This document shows positions 24,601 to 37,744 of a stretch of 64,000 nucleotides of DNA, piece after piece. The notes beneath the pieces are model-generated. The model did not search any database, was not told the origin of the DNA, and saw only the letters and a list, made by a program, of their open reading frames with translations. Position 1 is the stretch's first letter; each line of letters opens with the position of its first letter. The stretch spans positions 2,356,001-2,420,000 of the forward strand of contig JBLDXI010000024.1 in the NCBI GenBank assembly GCA_047495785.1, given 5' to 3'. A program made the position numbers and the translations under genes. The stretch is from Lepidodermella squamata (lineage: Eukaryota; Animalia; Gastrotricha).

Positions 24601-25737
24601 CGTGACTCGCGCAGACAATAAATTTGCGCAAATAATGCAGGCAATACGCATTTTGGCTTCTAGAGACGGAAGCCTCTTTCCGTCTTGAATCGTTAGTGTT
24701 TCGAATTTCAGGTTCAGGTGTCGCGCATTTCGCGCTATTTGCAGCTGTATATTTCGGTCGGATATGGAAAAAAATTGTTGGATGGCTAAGTATATAATGA
24801 GCGTGGTGTGATCTCTTCCAAACAGCAGACAAAGTAACGGAAATCACCGATTCCATATTTGGCTTTTAGTGGCTCTCGGATTCGCGACAGTTGCGTTTTG
24901 CACTAACGGATAATCAGTCACGCTTGAGAAAGTGTCGCGCGACATGCTTTTGCTCAGAAAAACTCTGACCCAGGCAATAATTGTCACGCGTTGCGCTAAT
25001 AACTAGCAATGCTGATTCTTCATTTCATTTCGATATAAATCTGTCGTTCAGCCCTTCAAGATTTACCGTAATTTGCAGTATTAAGGCTGTGGTGAGTAAT
25101 ATTTCTGTTTTTTTTGAGAAATGGGTAAAAATGCGGTGATTGGGTGGCCCTTATTTTCCCCCAAGTTCTGAATTTATTCTTGATTGGTATTTCCCCAAAA
25201 TTAGTGATCACATGTTATTCAGTCACTTTCCGACTTAACTAAGGTGAACAAAATCTGTTAGCATACTTGGGAGGCTGTCTACAGTCTAACAAGGGTGTTA
25301 GCTGGCAGCTTAGGGTCATTGAGAGCTAATAGCTTGAACCGTGCGGTGATTAAACGAGAGCGACCTTTATTAATGCTCAAAGCTAGGAAAATGGGTGGTT
25401 TTGTGGCGATTATTCGGGTGGGAGGGATTTTATACTGAAAAAATCACGCTATTGGCCGAAGATATTTTTATTTTTATTCTTGTTTTTTTTATATTAAAAT
25501 GTTTTAAAGTGTATCGAATTTCATAAATCATTATTTGTCAACACTCATATTATTTGTATGTTTTATATAATTTTTTGCTTGCAATGTGATCCGTTCTTTC
25601 AATGGCTGAATTAAGGTCGACTGCCGACAAAGTTGGGAAGCTCTCTATGAAAGCTTCCGATTCCTCTCCTATACGCTTTATATTCCTAATACATGACCAC
25701 GCTCTGAGGGGTGAAATCAAAGACTAAAGTCACGACT

Positions 25738-28370
25738 TCAATTTGCCCTTCGACACATTTTAGTCGCGAACAAAAGCGTCAAATTCAGTGCAACAATAAT
25801 GAAAGTCAAGCCGCAAACGCCCCATTGAATAAACTGAGGACTGGAGGCAAAAAATGCCGCAATCACAGCGCCTCCAGCTAGCGTCGAAAATCCGATGACG
25901 TAGGCTGTAAATCGCACGAATTGAATATCCTTCACATCGGATCTGAAATGGTCCTAAATTAGAGAAATAAAATGAAAAATTATCAGAAAAAATAGGCGAT
26001 TTTTCTTACATTTTTCAAACAAAAAGCTAGCCAGCTGGACCTCATGAAAATTAGGAAATTGACGCAAAGTAGTACGGCGATGCAGCCAGTCGGAGTGAGA
26101 GTTTCGGAATCCAAGGAACAAACGACCATATAGTACTGATAGGCCACACTCGAATCGTCAGGATTTGTCAAATAAACCCCAGAAATTTTCTGAATTCCAA
26201 TCGGAGACATTGAAAACCAAATTACTACGATAACAACGTGAATAGCGACGATAAAAGCTGTAGATAAATAGGATCGTTTCATTGAATCGCCAATCGTGAC
26301 GAAATTATCAATAGGCAGAGATGATGATTCTGAAAATCGCGAACTTCGAAATGACCCTAAAAATATGATTGAACTTTTGCGATTGCTGAAACTAGGATTC
26401 CCGGAAATTGGCGTTTTTGCAGCTGTTGCAATTGTGTTTGAAATCGTCTGAGCCGCTTTTCTTCTAACTGTCGTGTTAGCAATCGACATTTTAGCCATCA
26501 TTGAAGTATTGATCAAACAAAATCCGATGATAAATAGGACAGATGAAGCTATACAGTTGGCGAAAATTGTCGATGAACCCTCCCAAGGTAGAATTAAAAC
26601 CGCGATTAGTAGCAAAATATTCCCGGATAAAATCAGCCCATTGAAGACTGGCAACGACCTGGCGTAGATCGATAGTTCATTCCTTGACTTAACGGCATTT
26701 TGAATGAAAAATCCCAGGCTAACCAGGATTAAGGAGGCTGAGATCACAGCTATAGGAATCCCGACGTAGTTAGGACTGATTGGGTCTAGGATCTCTAAAA
26801 CTCTCACGGAATCTCGAGGGATTAACCCGTCTGATGTTAACCACCTCCAATTCCCAACCCCAGATGGTATAAGTTTATCCCCGCTTTTGAACGGGTCCAG
26901 AAGGGACACTAAAATCGGCTCGATTGTTTGCTTCCCCTCGTCAGTAACCTGCATTTGGTAGAAACCCATCGGCCCAATGACTGATTTGACGACATTTTTA
27001 AACTGCCCACCTAAACTGTTGAACTCCAGGGTGTCTAGTGAATTTTTCAGATTTTCATGAATAAAACTCCCATTTAGGCGGTAATTTTGCGATTTCGTCG
27101 ACCAATTTACCAGGCTATCGTTGCTAGCCTCAAGAATTCTATCGACCTCATCCAGGGCCAAAGCTCCGGCTACAACATGGTCGTAGCAGTAAGTCCGATA
27201 GCCGAACCAAATCGGTTGAAGCTCAGGCCGGTCAATTCTCGACTTTAAGGTGGATTCGAAATACCGGCCAGTTACTCCTAGACTATCCGCTACGTCTAAC
27301 GGACGGCCGTTTCCAACTAAAATCACGCTTTTCATCAACAGTTTCAATACATCGGCCGTGCACCATTCAAACGGGGTGCCTGATATCGCCGTGAAGTAAC
27401 CAGCGGGTGAATTCATGATAAAGACAACATTAGGCCCGTAAATGTTGTTCCTAAACAGCAGGCAAAGCATTGAAGTTGGGCTGTCTGTGCTGATAACGAT
27501 TATTCTCGGGTCAAACTGTTTCATGGTCGCGATTGTTTCGATGTAATTATTGATATCCCCAGCGACGCCGTAAGGTCGGAATACTTTGAAGGTCCCGGCT
27601 AGGGTGATGTTGAATTTCAACAATTCAGGGTACATGATTTCTTCGCAGTCCCGCCAGACGTTTAAAGTTTCGGTGAGGAGGTAGATTTTCCTCCAACCCA
27701 TTGTGTTCAGCAAACGAGGGATTGCGTAATAGTTCGAATGGGACCAGGTTAGGGGGTAATAGCCGCTGTAAAGGCGCCTATTCGCATAGATATCAGTCAC
27801 CCCACTAATGCCGCCGATCTGTCACGCAGAAAATTTCGAAAATTTCGGAAAATTATATTTAAAAATTACCCCGACGAAATTGTAGTTTTTCATGAACATT
27901 CCAATGTTAGTTTGGGACGTGCAGATAGGGCCGAGAAAAACTGGCACTCGGTTGTAGAGCCCTGATTGGAAATCGTCCCCCTCAAAAATGTTGATCGCCA
28001 TTCTTATCGCAGCTGTTCGAACACACTGTAAGAATATTTTTATTATTGTTTCGATTTTTTTTACTTAATTTTTTTTTACCGTGTCGTCGAATATTTCGAC
28101 GCCTAGTTCGTAGCGGTTCAGAATCGACGAGTTTGCTATTGCGTCCAGGGCTAATTGAACACCCTCGGAGCACACCTGACCCAGGGGCAGAAATACGGGA
28201 CCGATATTGACGGATTGGACCATTGTTATGAGAGGTTTTTTCGGTGATGAGCTCCGAGGTCGGACTAAATCAGGCCATCTGGCGCTGAAATCGACCTTTT
28301 GGCTAGTAATTAAGTGGCCGAGTGAAATTGTTAGAAGAGCAATTAGCAGTTTGCGCGATCTCAATGTCAT
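25738..28370 (-). CDS. Class C GPCR, GABA-B-receptor-like, paralog 2 (tandem duplicate)
   Basis: Similar exon layout and long identical peptides such as RIDRPELQPIWFGYRTYCYDHVVAGALALD shared with paralog 1. Confidence 0.82.
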
Positions 28371-28899
28371 TTTTTGCCGTAATGTCTTTTTAATTTTTTT
28401 GAAAATCTCGTAGTGTGGGATAATAAAACAAAGAACTGAAGGTACAAATTTAAAAATAATACAGTTTTTAAAGTGTCGATTTCAGCTTTCATATTTGAGT
28501 CAAGGCAAAAAAGGAAGTTGAAAAAAGCATACACTAAAATGTCTACGTTTTATTCAAGTCACGGACTCGTCTTCTGTATCATGAGAAAGAAATACAAACT
28601 TTTCGATCTTCTAATTAAATTTTTAATCCACAAATTTAGCGTAAAATGTCCAACATTACAAACCCTTTCATGACCAATTTTTGTAAGCCGAGCCAAAAAA
28701 AATGTAATGCTTACCAATTTTGAGCAAATGATGATACTTGCCGGATTCGCCTCATGTTTCTATCAGTTTCTGGTTTCACTGCTTTAATCGTGGGATCGTT
28801 TAAAAATAATTTAATCCGACGATTCCCAGACAGCTTGTATCGTCATTTATTCGAAAAAAATTGAAATATTTCAAGGACAAAATAGGTATTAGCGCGTGT

Positions 28900-29215
28900 C
28901 CCATAAGTAACGCAAGCAAAGCAAATACGCCGAAAAAGGCTCAGGAACTCCGAAATGAGAGACGAAGAAACATCTCCGGGCAGGAAAATTTTAGAAAAAT
29001 TCAAAAAATCACGAGTATTTCACTTGTTAATGGGATTAGTCCGGAGAAATTTGGTCCAGCCGGGTCAAATACCGAAAATTACCGAACCAGTCAGTTACCA
29101 TCGGAATTTTCCGGTTTTTCGCAGTAAATTTTTATTTTCGGAAATCGGAAATAAAAGAGGGAATATTCTCTCGGTAGGTTTGATTTAAAAAAATTGGTTG
29201 AAATTCCTACAAAAA
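28900..29215. repeat. Dispersed repeat family; other copies at ~55660-55925 (direct), ~58550-58850 (inverted) and a fragment at ~57140-57230
   Basis: Shared AAATGAGAGACG...AAATTTGGTCCA.CCGGGT.AAATACCGA.AATTACCGAAC. Confidence 0.75.
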
Positions 29216-29476
29216 ATTGCCTGATTACAAATTAGTTCGCAACGCTGGGGAAATTGCTGAGATAATTACTTATTGGTTTCTTCGATTAAAAAAAAATAAG
29301 AAAAACATCAATCATCCGGATAATGTAAAAAAATGCTTGAAAATTTTCGGAAATTTTTTATATCCTTATTTTTACTAATTCGTACCAATTAATAAAAAAC
29401 GCAAAAAATTATTCAATTAAATTTTTATTTCTGAATTTTTTTCTTTTTTTTTATCGATGGCATTGAACATTGAATA

Positions 29477-30418
29477 TCACTTGAAGGTGTTAGCATATTT
29501 CGCCATTAAATACTCGCCCGAAACCACTGGTGCGTATTTGGCCGGGTTGTCCTCCGACTGGCATGTAGGCAAGCATTCGACAACCGTATCAAAATTAGGA
29601 TCCAAGAAAAACGGAATCGAGTACCGCTCCGATTCCGAAACATTAACAACCCGATGAACGGTACTCTGATAAATGCCATTCGTCCAACGCTCCAGCATAT
29701 CGCCTATATTGATGATGAAACCATGGCCGATTTCATCGAACGGCTGAACAGTCACCCATTCATTCCTATTTTTCGGCCAAACCTGAAGACCTGGGACGGT
29801 ATCGGTCGATAGAACGGTTAACATGCCGTAGTCGGAGTGAGCCCCAGCCCCGAAAATGCCCTTTTCCGGTTCAGATTTTTCGGCCGAGTAGTGTAGTAGC
29901 CGGGCGAGTTGGACAGGCTTCGTGAAGAATTTATCGAAATAGGTCTCTTCAAGCCCAAGCGATAAGGCGAATAGCCGTAATAGGCGATAGCACAGCCGGT
30001 TAACCTCCTCGTAGTATTCAATCATGGTCTGGCGAAATTCAGGAATCAGACCCTCGGCCGGCCAGATGTTAGGGCTGAAAAACGCAGCGATTTCCTCACC
30101 CTCCGCCAGCTCGATACCGATTGAAAACGACTCCTTTAAATCGCCTTTTGTCTGGTGTTTCGGGTCGAGAGTTTGAGCTTCAAAAGTGCTGTAGCCGCGG
30201 TCGGTCAAGCCGTCGTCCTTACGAAGAGCAAGTTTCTGCGCCTCGGATAGTTGGAACAGGGTTTTGGCCTTTTGAAACGTTCTTTTCACTAGATCTTTCG
30301 AAATTCCAGTGTTGACGACGAAGAAGAAACCTTCGTTGATACAGGCGGCATGGATAGCTTTAGCGATTGTATCTTTGTCCAAGCTGAGATCGATGACAGG
30401 AAGGCCGCGATTTTCCAT
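29477..30418 (-). CDS. Intronless 2-oxoglutarate/Fe(II) dioxygenase (DIOX_N plus 2OG-FeII_Oxy, isopenicillin-N-synthase-like family)
   Basis: LPVIDL..AC..GFF.V.N.G, PNIWP, GAGAHSDYG (HxD), STVHRV (distal His), RYSIPFF (RxS). Confidence 0.93.
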   Translation of the reverse strand: MENRGLPVIDLSLDKDTIAKAIHAACINEGFFFVVNTGISKDLVKRTFQKAKTLFQLSEAQKLALRKDDGLTDRGYSTFEAQTLDPKHQTKGDLKESFSIGIELAEGEEIAAFFSPNIWPAEGLIPEFRQTMIEYYEEVNRLCYRLLRLFALSLGLEETYFDKFFTKPVQLARLLHYSAEKSEPEKGIFGAGAHSDYGMLTVLSTDTVPGLQVWPKNRNEWVTVQPFDEIGHGFIINIGDMLERWTNGIYQSTVHRVVNVSESERYSIPFFLDPNFDTVVECLPTCQSEDNPAKYAPVVSGEYLMAKYANTFK

Positions 30419-31726
30419 ATTTTAAACACGATTGCTTAGTATTTAAAAGGAATTACTTTTGACTTTTGCATGAGAAAACGGGGACTATATTCTTGAGATA
30501 AGAAGTGGCGTTTTTTTTTTGAAAATGGGCGCGGTACGATTTGAGGTTGTAAGACGAGAGATAACCGAGGTCATATCGTTTGCGTGGTAGGATAACTCGG
30601 GTTTAAGCTCGATTACGTCAGCTTTAGGGCGGTGTGTGACAAGAACCTGACGCGAATAACTATCTTTAATTGACGACACCAGCGATATAACTGGGCTCAA
30701 TTGTGAATCATGGGCCCATCGCAGATGCGCAGTTACAAAATCTAGGGTTGAAGTGGACTTCAGCCATTGCAGTCCGTAGTCCGCGTAATTTTTCGAGTAT
30801 GTGAACCACACCACGTTTTTTTTGTTATCATTTTTTTTTATTTTGTCCTTCGGGAAATTATTCAGCCACACCGTCAACAGGGTCATTAAATGCTGTGCCG
30901 AGGTGATTCATCACGATTCGCGGAGTAAATCACTTGATTAGAGTCGTACCTAATAACCTATGTACTGAATAAAGTGAGCATCCCTCCATAAAAATGGGTG
31001 GAGATTGGAAAAAATCTGGGCTGCATAAAACTTTATGGAAGCAGGGATTACAATCAGCATTCAAAATAATTCATTTTCATTAATTTAACAGGAAAATGTT
31101 AATAGGTATTCGATACCTATCCACAAATCACTTCTGGAATTACTTTTTGAAATTAATGCCTATTTTTCCCTTTCTCGGTGATGATTCATAAAAAAGAAAA
31201 AAGGAAGTAAAAGTAGCCATGTTTTGAAAATAAATTTCCCAATAAATCACTGGAACAACTGCCAATTAAATTTATATTAGCATAGAGAGCTGCATTTAAG
31301 TTAAGCCGGAAAAAATAAGCTGAATGGGTCGAGAAAGGGGAGATAGGATGGTGTAGGGATTGGAGGAATTGCCGGCAACCTTCTCCCAAGCTGTTATGCG
31401 TTCCGCGGTAATGCCGAGAATCCGGGTTGCTCAAGAATGCCTATTCTGACCATAAGTGAATCCCATTGGTAGCAGCACTATTCTAGTTTCTAGTCTAAAA
31501 TCGCTATCGAAATTGCTTGTAAAAATACGGAACAGGGAATAAAATATGCGGAAGGTCTAATTAGCATATGCAAATGAGGTGTCCAAATTCAGCGGTTTCT
31601 TCTCCTATTTCTCGAAAATCAAGAGGAGCTCCGAAATTTCTTAAAATTTACTTGTCGAACCAGAATCTCCGCCCCAAAGTTTCACCTTTTTCCATATTTT
31701 TCTGACAAAAGGTTTAATTAAAAAAA

Positions 31727-32770
31727 GGGTGTGCCAACTGCACCTACTAAAAATAAGGTTCCAGCACTAAATTTAAGGTTCCAGCACTAAATTTGAAAGT
31801 CACTCGCACTAATCCTATTCAACACTAAATAAGCAACTCTAACACTAAATATACAAAGCCACCACCTAATTCGTGGATAGGAATGCCATCATGCCGCACT
31901 AGCGAGGCCGCTGGAGAGCAGTTACTACAAGGATCTGCCAATCGACCTGGGCCCTATTCCCTATCCCCTATCCCCAATCAATCAACCATAAACACTTGCT
32001 TTTTCACACTTAGACACTGCAGATTTGGTGGTAATGTCCACCGCTAATCGCAAGCAGAAAGGTGAAAGCTGACTGTGATCACTAATGCGCAACACCTAAC
32101 CTTCAAACAAAGACTGCGATGGTAGAGATTGCCACGTCTCAGTTAGCTATAATAACTATTGAAGCTGATCAAACTTTCAAAGTTTCGGATAAAAGCCAGA
32201 ACTGCCACCGAAATACAGTCAATACTGCCACTCAGGGTCCCACCATGATGGTCCCGCGTAAAAAGCCAATGGCGGCGTTCCGTAGCAGAGTTGTAGGCAG
32301 TGAGAACTTTCAATTCCCAATCGAAAGAGTGTGTCATAAAGTGATGCTAATCTCAACATCATGGCTCATTTGCATAATATGCATTATTTTTAAGTCCGTA
32401 TTTCTCTGCTTAAAATTATGCAAGCGAGCCTAAAATCGCGGGTGCATCATATCCTAATCCTAACTCCTTAACATTTCTGGGAACCGTAAACCCATGCCTA
32501 CCTTCAGCACTATAAAAGTGGCTTGAGCTGCCAATAATACGGAATACGGTGAAAACCTAGTCATGCATCGTCTGAGGGCGCGTGGTTGAGAATGCCTTAG
32601 AGCCTCGCCTGGGCTTAACAGCAGTAATAGGCACTGAATGCTGATATTTAGTGCTGGAACTCATATTTAGGTGCCCAAATGGTTTAGTGCGAGCTGTTTG
32701 CAAATTAGGTAAACGCACTTTCAAATTTAGTGCTGGAACCTCATTTTAGGTGGTGCACTTATTTAGACCC
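31727..32770. mobile_element. Non-autonomous Mutator-like TIR element with 9-bp TSD TTAAAAAAA
   Basis: GGGT...ACCC termini; imperfect TIR core AGGTTCCAGCACTAAATTTGAAAGT / ACTTTCAAATTTAGTGCTGGAACCT; TTAAAAAAA at 31718-31726 and 32771-32779. Related TIR ends occur near 52055, 53045-53090 and 60920. Confidence 0.8.
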
Positions 32771-33195
32771 TTAAAAAAATTTAAAAACGTGTTTAGTCTG
32801 GGTTACTGAATGAAGAAAAGATGAAATTCAACTGATACAAACTTTTACGATCCTGCAGAACAGTCCGACCCTGGAGGAACTAGTATCACCCCCCGTTCAC
32901 TAGTTTCACCCGTATCACAAAGCCTCATGGTTCAGGGTTTATTGAATCTGGAAATCCGAAAACTCGAACAACCCATGGCCTAGCTTTTTAGAAACTCGAC
33001 CTGGAATTATTGAGCCGAAATCCGGATTTTTTGTTACATCATAGTGTAGGGCGACTCATTAATTTAAAAAAAAAATACTTGAAAAATACGTCACGCCGTG
33101 ATAAAACACCTAGATGTTCATGACAATCCGAAGTTATTGTCCATTTGATAAATCTTAAATCTTGACAATTTGAGACTATGGGAGATTCCTTTAAA

Positions 33196-35199
33196 ATGGC
33201 TTCAAAATGTCGTTTGCTTGAAATTCGCAGCTCATTGGCTTTATTTATCATTGCATTCTGCGCTGCCATTATGATCTTCATCGCGTCATCCCGTTTGGAG
33301 CCGTCTTATCAACCGCTCGCCGCCCAAACTCAGCCAGATGTCGACATCGCGAATGTAACAACTCAAACGCCAACAACTCAAACGCCAACAACGCAAAAGC
33401 CAACAACCCAAACGCCTACAACGCACAAGCCAACAACCCAAAAGCCTTTGCAGAGCCTTTCCAAGAGCGTATTCCCGGATGACCCACATCTTGACCGGCA
33501 AACGCTGGAGATGTTCAAACAGTGGCTACGTGATCGCTACATCAACGGCTCTGTGGCTAAGCAACTGGCTGCTGGCCGTGCCAACTTCGCAATTTACCAT
33601 TGTGATAGAATTGAAATGAATGGGGACAAGTGCGGCGGCTGGGGCGACAGGACTCGAGGCATGGTTACCGTTTTCTACCTCGCGATTCTTACCGATCGTG
33701 TATTTTGGATGCGGCATTTCAATCCGACCCCAATTGAGCGCTTTTTCAAGCCATATTATCCGGACATGCCTCAGGTTTGTTTTCTCGGGGGTTTTTTCTG
33801 GGGTTGTATGGCAGCAGTTATCAGTTCAGTCGAGCGCTAAGTTTTGGGATAGAGATAACCCTGAGATGTTCCGAAGAGGACCAGTCCTCCGATTGAAAGA
33901 AATTCTGGAAATTCCACTGGAAAGAAATTATAAAGAAGTGTGCGCGAATTTTGAAGAAAATCGTGATTTAAAAATTCGTTAAACCTTTGTTGACTGGTTT
34001 GAAGTAGCAAATTTTAGTTAGAGAAGTTGATTAATACGAGATTGCACAATCGCAGATGCCATTTTTAAAGCCTAAAGCCTTCGACGCTATCAAGGAGGGT
34101 ACTTCTTTTTATTGCCATAACACTGAGAAACAAATAATGAAGGATAAATTAGGGCGAAAAGGATGATTCAGGGTGAATAAGAATGCGAACAACGCTGAAC
34201 AATGTTCTGCAATTCGATTCTGAGAGGAATAATGATTGATTAGGATAAGGTTAGGGTCCAAATATTTGCACCACTAAAACTTAGATTATGTTGTCACTAT
34301 TAAAAATGAGCGCTCGACTGATGAAAACAATGATGTTTAACCGCGTTTTTTTGATGTTGCAGGCGATTATTGGCGAAATGGCTGCTAATGCCTCAGTGCA
34401 TAGGATGACCAACGATAATTCGGCCAGATTTTTCGCCACGCCAGGTTTTAATGCAGTCCACGCGAAGGAACGCTTCTTGTCAATGGCAACCAACCTGGAA
34501 ATGTCGCCGCTTTTTGCTCGCAATTCCGTGTTTGACAACGCGGACTTTTCTACAAAACTGGATCACTATTTTCGGGAATTCCCGCGATTCTCGCAGCTTA
34601 ACCAGGTAACACTACAAGCAGCAGCTATTGGTCTACTTCTCTCTCAACCGACAACTGAGCTGACGTCGGCATTTCAGAAGGTTTTAGTGAATCGATGGAA
34701 TATCCAACCTGAAGAATGGCGCCGTTTAACGAAAATCGGCCTACAACTGCGCTTTCATCTGACTAAATGGAATGAAGGTGGCGGGCGCATTTCGACATCG
34801 CAAGTTCCTTGCTTTGTCGAAGAGTTGTTACGCACAATCAAGCAGCTGAGCTACGTCGATAGAAGTAAAGTCCTGGTTTATGTAACAAGCAGCGATGTGA
34901 AAGCAACACAGGCGGTGGCTGCGTTTTTGCAGGTTTCCGGCTTCCGCACGGTCACAATTGAGGGCCCGACGTATCACGTTGATCGGTTGGCGGCAAATGT
35001 GAATGGGGATGAGGCTATGCTTAGCACGTTGGTGGACTGGTACACGTTATCGCAGATGGACAGGTTAATTGGCAGTAAGAGCGGGTTCCTTAAATCTGCC
35101 AGCCTTGTTCGCACCGTTCCCACTCGTTTGTTAGCTCATGGTCGCTCGGCGGCTCAATCGACGTGCATTTTCGACGACTTCATTGTGCCCATCAACTGA
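33196..35199 (+). CDS. Type II membrane fucosyltransferase-like protein (GT23/NodZ/GT11-type fold), 3 exons
   Basis: TM anchor; Thr/Pro stem; CGGWGDRTRG; motif I GLQLR; motif II VYVTSS; motif III DWYTLSQMDRLIGSKSGF. Exons about 33196-33773, 33842-33936 and 34363-35199. Confidence 0.78.
33358..33447 (+). repeat. 15-bp coding tandem repeat (TTQTP/TTQKP x6), mucin-like stem
   Basis: ACAACTCAAACGCCA-like units. Confidence 0.85.
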
Positions 35200-35394
35200 G
35201 ACGATTTTTTATTGTACGAACACCTTCGAAAACCAACTGATATTAATCTAGTGATAGTGTCTAAATTATTTATTTTGAATGGAAATTGATCAAATAATAT
35301 TTGTGATATGATGTAAAATAACAAGAAAAGATTGAAGATGATTAAATTGTGAGCTATGATTAAATTATTATTTAATGCGCTCTGCGGCAGACCG

Positions 35395-35585
35395 TCATAA
35401 CAGCAAATACCCAATAAAACAGCAAATGCGACAAAACGGCAACTTTTCAACTTGCGACATAACAGCAGAAACACGATGCATCTTTTACATAGTAAGTTTT
35501 CGCTGTTTCGTCGCGAAATAAACAAAAATTGCTATTTTGTCACATTCGCGATTTCGCGAAGTTGCTGTTTTGTCGCCGTACCCGC
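35395..35585. repeat. Dispersed repeat fragment, second copy at ~53755-53905
   Basis: Shared AACTTGCGACATAACAGCAGAAACA.GATGCATCTTTTACATAGTAAGTTTT...GTCGCCGTACC. Confidence 0.8.
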
Positions 35586-35653
35586 TCTGCGACATTTGCG
35601 CCAAAAAGTATGAAACGACATTTCCGTCAACGACTATCGGGCTAATTATTAAT

Positions 35654-36228
35654 GGGTCGTTATATTCCTGCTTAAATAAGTACGCGTTTTTTGATATTCA
35701 TACTTAAATAAGTACGCATTTTTTGATATTCGTACTTAAATAAGTACGCGTTATTTGATATTCGTACTTAAGTGGCTTTCCGCTTACGTAATATTCGAAA
35801 TTTTTCGACCATAATATTCAGCTTTTAAAACTGAGTAAGAATCATATCTCACCCAGGAAGCTGAGATAACTTGGACTTGTCAAATTTGATGGCAAAATCT
35901 GGAGTTTCTTCCTATTTTCATAAAGTTGGATCTAAGGTTCAGGACCTTTCAGGTTTCCTGAGCTTTCCAACCCTAATTTCATGTTTTTGGATGCAAATTT
36001 GACAAGTCCAAGTTACCTCAGCTTCCTGGGTGAGATATGATTCTTACTCAGTTTTAAAAGCTGAATATTATGGTCGAAAAATTTCGAATATTACGTAAGC
36101 GGAAAGCCACTTAAGTACGAATATCAAATAACGCGTACTTATTTAAGTACGAATATCAAATAACGCGTACTTATTTAAGTATGAATATCAAAAAACGCGT
36201 ACTTATTTAAGTACGAATATCCACTCCG
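35654..36228. mobile_element. Foldback/Mutator-like MITE: ~225-bp near-perfect inverted arms with 31-bp subrepeats, 9-bp TSD ATTATTAAT
   Basis: Arms about 35662-35888 and 35994-36220, spacer 105 bp. ATTATTAAT at 35645-35653 and 36229-36237. Confidence 0.88.
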
Positions 36229-37744
36229 ATTATTAATAACATATTAATTGCAGGTGATCTATGGCTATGCGAGCGGAACGAGAATGCGAATCTCGACTTC
36301 TATACATCTCAAGTCAATTAAATATTATAATAAGCTGGCTGAGTTGTCGTTGTCGCAAATGTGGTTTTCATATTTTTTCTCTACAGTTATCGTTTGGTTC
36401 TATTGTCGCTTTAATAAACTTGGCTCGGTTGTCTTTGGCGAAAATGTCTGGCTCAGTTATTGTCGTTTCGATCAGCTCAGTTGGCGCAAATGACGCACCT
36501 AGAACCATTTAATGCTTAAACATTGTTCGAACTCGGTTTGCGGAGTTATTGTGGGACGTTCGGCTGAACTAGCGAAGATTAATTATAGATACGGCGGAAA
36601 ATCTTGTAACGCTATAACAGTTGCCAGGCAGAATGAAAACATTCCGAAAATGACTACACCATTCCCACCGGGTTTATTCGGGTTTTCTTGAAAATATGTT
36701 CAATTATCGCTTAACCCGTTTAGACCGGCATCTAGGATTTTGATGCTACGGTCATAATCTTTCGAGGAATTAATGTTGGCATCATAAATATGAAAAAAAA
36801 AAAATTTTTGTGACCCCACCCCTAACCGTCAAAACGAAACCATGTATATTTTTCCAACTTTGAAAATCGCGCAACAAATCGAAAATATGTTAAAATGTCA
36901 TCGGATGAAAGGAGCTTAAGGAGGCGAGAAAATCAGCAAGGGATGGAGTGAAGATCGGAGGAGTTGCCGGCAACCTTTCATCACGCTGCTGCGCTGCAAT
37001 TTCGAAAACTTCGACGTGTGAGAGTAAATATGATTTTAACGGATTGTCCAACTTGAAAAAAATTAGGTTTCGCTCGTTCTCAACCGTTTATCGCATCATT
37101 ATTTATTTGGTGAATTTCAGCCGCCAATAGGTTGAATCTGCCCACGTCGACGCTTATTAATGAGTTGTAACAATTAGAATTTTAATAATTAATAAAAACC
37201 CAATATTGGATGACTGCCATTTCCTTGCCGTTCCAACCCGAGCCATTATATTCATCGCACAGTGGCAATACTAATTTTCTCCGTGAAATAACTGATGAGC
37301 AATAACTGATAAGCTATATCTTCCTCGACTTGTTCTCACCCTTCAATGAGTTCTGATTATTATTTTCTTCCCGCTCTATTGTGATGAGAATAAAGTGGAC
37401 GGAAATTATCGATTTATATCAAATTATCATTATCATTATTCCCGCTTATATATAAAAATCACTGAAATTGTTTGATATTATCGGGGAAAAATTGTTCGAT
37501 ACGCATTGCAGGGTGACTATTGTTTTCATACTCTTGCTGAAAAAATAATCAACGCTTGCGAAAATTTGAATATTTATTATCTCTTCATTTTTATGCGCGA
37601 GTCTGGAAGTAATTTACTCGCTCAGAGGAACACGTCTACATCAGGTTATAGGCGTGGAATAAGGAAAAATCTCGATGGCGATTTGTTATTTCAAATTTCG
37701 ATGATAAATCCACCCTAATTTTATATATAGATTACTTATAAATT

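Noticed and set aside
36711-36740. piggyBac-like left end TTAACCC
   Set aside because: No matching right end or transposase found.
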